7,320 nt of DNA from Caedimonas varicaedens (GTDB lineage: Bacteria; Pseudomonadota; Alphaproteobacteria; Caedimonadales; Caedimonadaceae), in contig BBVC01000033.1 in NCBI GenBank assembly GCA_001192655.1, positions 1 through 7,320 of the forward strand, in the 5' to 3' direction. The notes below the pieces were generated by a model. The model made no database searches. It was given only the letters and a program-made list of their open reading frames with translations, and was not told the DNA's origin. The translations under genes and the position numbers were made by a program. Positions within the stretch are counted from its first letter, which is position 1. Each line of letters begins with the position of its first letter. This document shows positions 6,020 to 7,320 of this stretch, piece by piece.

Positions 6020-6948
6020 TATTTTCTCTCTTCGTTAAGTTGCGGCATAAAGATAATATCGATGTCTTCACCCTTGCGATTTGGCTGTTGATAATCTTTT
6101 GAGACGTAAGTGATCTCTTCCTTGGTGAGAAGATGTTGAAGCGTAATTCTGGCACGTCCTCTTCGAATGGAGTCGCCAAGAGAGATATATTGGTCAGATG
6201 GTAACCCTTCTGTAAAATACCAATGAGAGCCCCCCTTTATACCCCCGTCAGGTGGTATGATGCGTTCTTGTTCTAAATGCAGCAAGGAATAAAGTTTCAC
6301 GCGTGTGTCGTCTCTCACAGAACTGAGGACTGCAAAAACAGGTTGTATTTTATCAATGTCGATACCTGTTTTATAAAACCCCCCATAACCCATAATGGGT
6401 GTGCTTTCTCTTTTTTCTTGACCATAGGGCGATGTAATAATCCACTCACCAGCGTCATTTCTGATATTCTTCTGAAGTAAATGTGGCGCTGTTTGTACCC
6501 GGAATTCCTTTCTCAAAACAATTTTATCGGGTGTAAGAACCAATTTTATTTCCTGAAATTCGTCTCCCTGAAAATACTTGTCATTAAACACTCCGTATCC
6601 TGTGAAATAAAGCTCAACTCCTCTATACAAGCTAAGCTGAGCAAGAACTTCATCGTCGGGGAACAAGGATTCCATCCCATAATAAGGCGCTGGAGTCATA
6701 ACAATTTTATTAACGATGAGTTGGGCTTGGGTAGATCTGTTTTCGATGGGAAGAGTCTTCACACGAGCTCGCAGAATAATAGACTTAGGAAAATCCTTTT
6801 TTCCCACAAACTCTACTCTAATTTTTCCCTGACGATGGAATGTTGAAAGAATACCTTCTTCACGAATATCACAATCAGGAACAGGAACTAATTCTCCTGC
6901 CGCATAGGGTGTCAACTGACATGCACGAATGCCACGATCAATACTCAT
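6019..6948 (-). CDS. Hypothetical protein (309 aa); function unassigned, presumed virion or tail-associated from gene context
   Basis: A long uninterrupted ORF. AAGGA Shine-Dalgarno 8 nt before the ATG at 6948. 1-nt stop/start overlap with the downstream gene. No signal peptide, TM segment or catalytic motif that I can recognise. Confidence 0.7.
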   Translation of the reverse strand: MSIDRGIRACQLTPYAAGELVPVPDCDIREEGILSTFHRQGKIRVEFVGKKDFPKSIILRARVKTLPIENRSTQAQLIVNKIVMTPAPYYGMESLFPDDEVLAQLSLYRGVELYFTGYGVFNDKYFQGDEFQEIKLVLTPDKIVLRKEFRVQTAPHLLQKNIRNDAGEWIITSPYGQEKRESTPIMGYGGFYKTGIDIDKIQPVFAVLSSVRDDTRVKLYSLLHLEQERIIPPDGGIKGGSHWYFTEGLPSDQYISLGDSIRRGRARITLQHLLTKEEITYVSKDYQQPNRKGEDIDIIFMPQLNEERK

Positions 6949-6972
6949 TTATATTTTCCTTCAAAAGTTAGG

Positions 6973-7320
6973 CTAGATGTTTGCCAAATCAATTTGCTTT
7001 GGGGAAGACCAGGGATAAAGAATATCCACCTGCATATATTCTGTCAGTGTCCCCAAAGGTCTTAAGTCCAAAAGACGCATATGGATTGTTGTTGGGATTT
7101 CTTTAAGAACAGCTTCAATATTATGACTTAACGGATATTGGGTGCGCAAAAGGTGCTGATTTTGCTGGGATGCAGGATACGCAATGGCGATTTCCTGAAT
7201 TAAATCCCTTGCCGTCAAAGATTGAGGGTGAATCCATCTTGTCTGATTTTCCTGGTTTTGAGGTAAGTGATATTCAATTCCTGAAGGAGAGTCTCCCCTT
7301 AAAATATAGCTAACAACATA
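6973..7320 (-). CDS. C-terminal part of a larger hypothetical protein entering from beyond the right window edge
   Basis: The ORF track lists 6973..7218 with a TTG start. My translation shows the same frame stays open up to base 7320 (YVVSYILRGDSPSGIEYHLPQNQENQTRWIHPQS-LTARDL...). The real gene therefore very likely starts outside the window. It ends 24 nt before the 309-aa gene, on the same strand. Confidence 0.6.
   Translation of the reverse strand, partial: YVVSYILRGDSPSGIEYHLPQNQENQTRWIHPQSLTARDLIQEIAIAYPASQQNQHLLRTQYPLSHNIEAVLKEIPTTIHMRLLDLRPLGTLTEYMQVDILYPWSSPKQIDLANI

Noticed and set aside
5557-6179. 144-aa (5557..5991) and 69-aa (5970..6179) minus-strand ORFs in alternative frames of the 186-aa and 309-aa genes. 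I considered them as embedded genes, for example a spanin-like or frameshift product.
   Set aside because: They have no lipobox or signal peptide and no slippery sequence at the frame junctions. Their composition (Leu/Phe/Lys/Cys-rich) is typical of off-frame translation of AT-rich DNA.
6277-6846. 67-aa and 121-aa plus-strand ORFs antisense to the 309-aa gene
   Set aside because: They are antisense shadow ORFs. The minus-strand frame is far longer and is translationally coupled to its neighbours.
4454-7320. Direct equivalence of the cassette to the RcGTA g12-g15 tail genes
   Set aside because: The 309-aa, 186-aa and partial ORFs do not show the motifs I remember for DUF2460, DUF2163/BR0599, the NlpC/P60 peptidase or the g15 host-specificity protein. 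Only the lysis pair is GTA-like, so I keep 'GTA-like' as a hypothesis rather than an annotation.

Overview
This looks like low-GC (roughly 40% by eye) alphaproteobacterial-type chromosomal DNA in three blocks. (1) Left edge: the 5' end of an IS630-family transposase (minus strand, running out of the window), next to a short membrane ORF that may be a truncated remnant. (2) A housekeeping envelope and stress block: an S41 C-terminal processing protease (CtpA-like), a YcbB/LdtD-like L,D-transpeptidase with a peptidoglycan-binding domain (both minus strand), and a divergently transcribed dksA whose zinc finger is reduced to a single cysteine. (3) From about 4454 to the right edge: a tightly packed, translationally coupled minus-strand operon that looks like the distal end of a phage, prophage or GTA-like late module. 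It contains the 3' part of a larger ORF entering from beyond 7320, a 309-aa ORF I cannot place in any family, a 186-aa tail-fibre-like protein, a signal-less SleB-family cell-wall hydrolase (endolysin candidate) and a 3-TM holin-like membrane protein. It ends convergently against dksA at a shared hairpin. No tRNA, rRNA, CRISPR array or long repeats were seen. The phage-like cassette is the most interesting region, mainly its two unassignable structural ORFs and the spanin-less endolysin-holin pair. All family assignments come from motif recognition by eye and need profile or structure searches to confirm.
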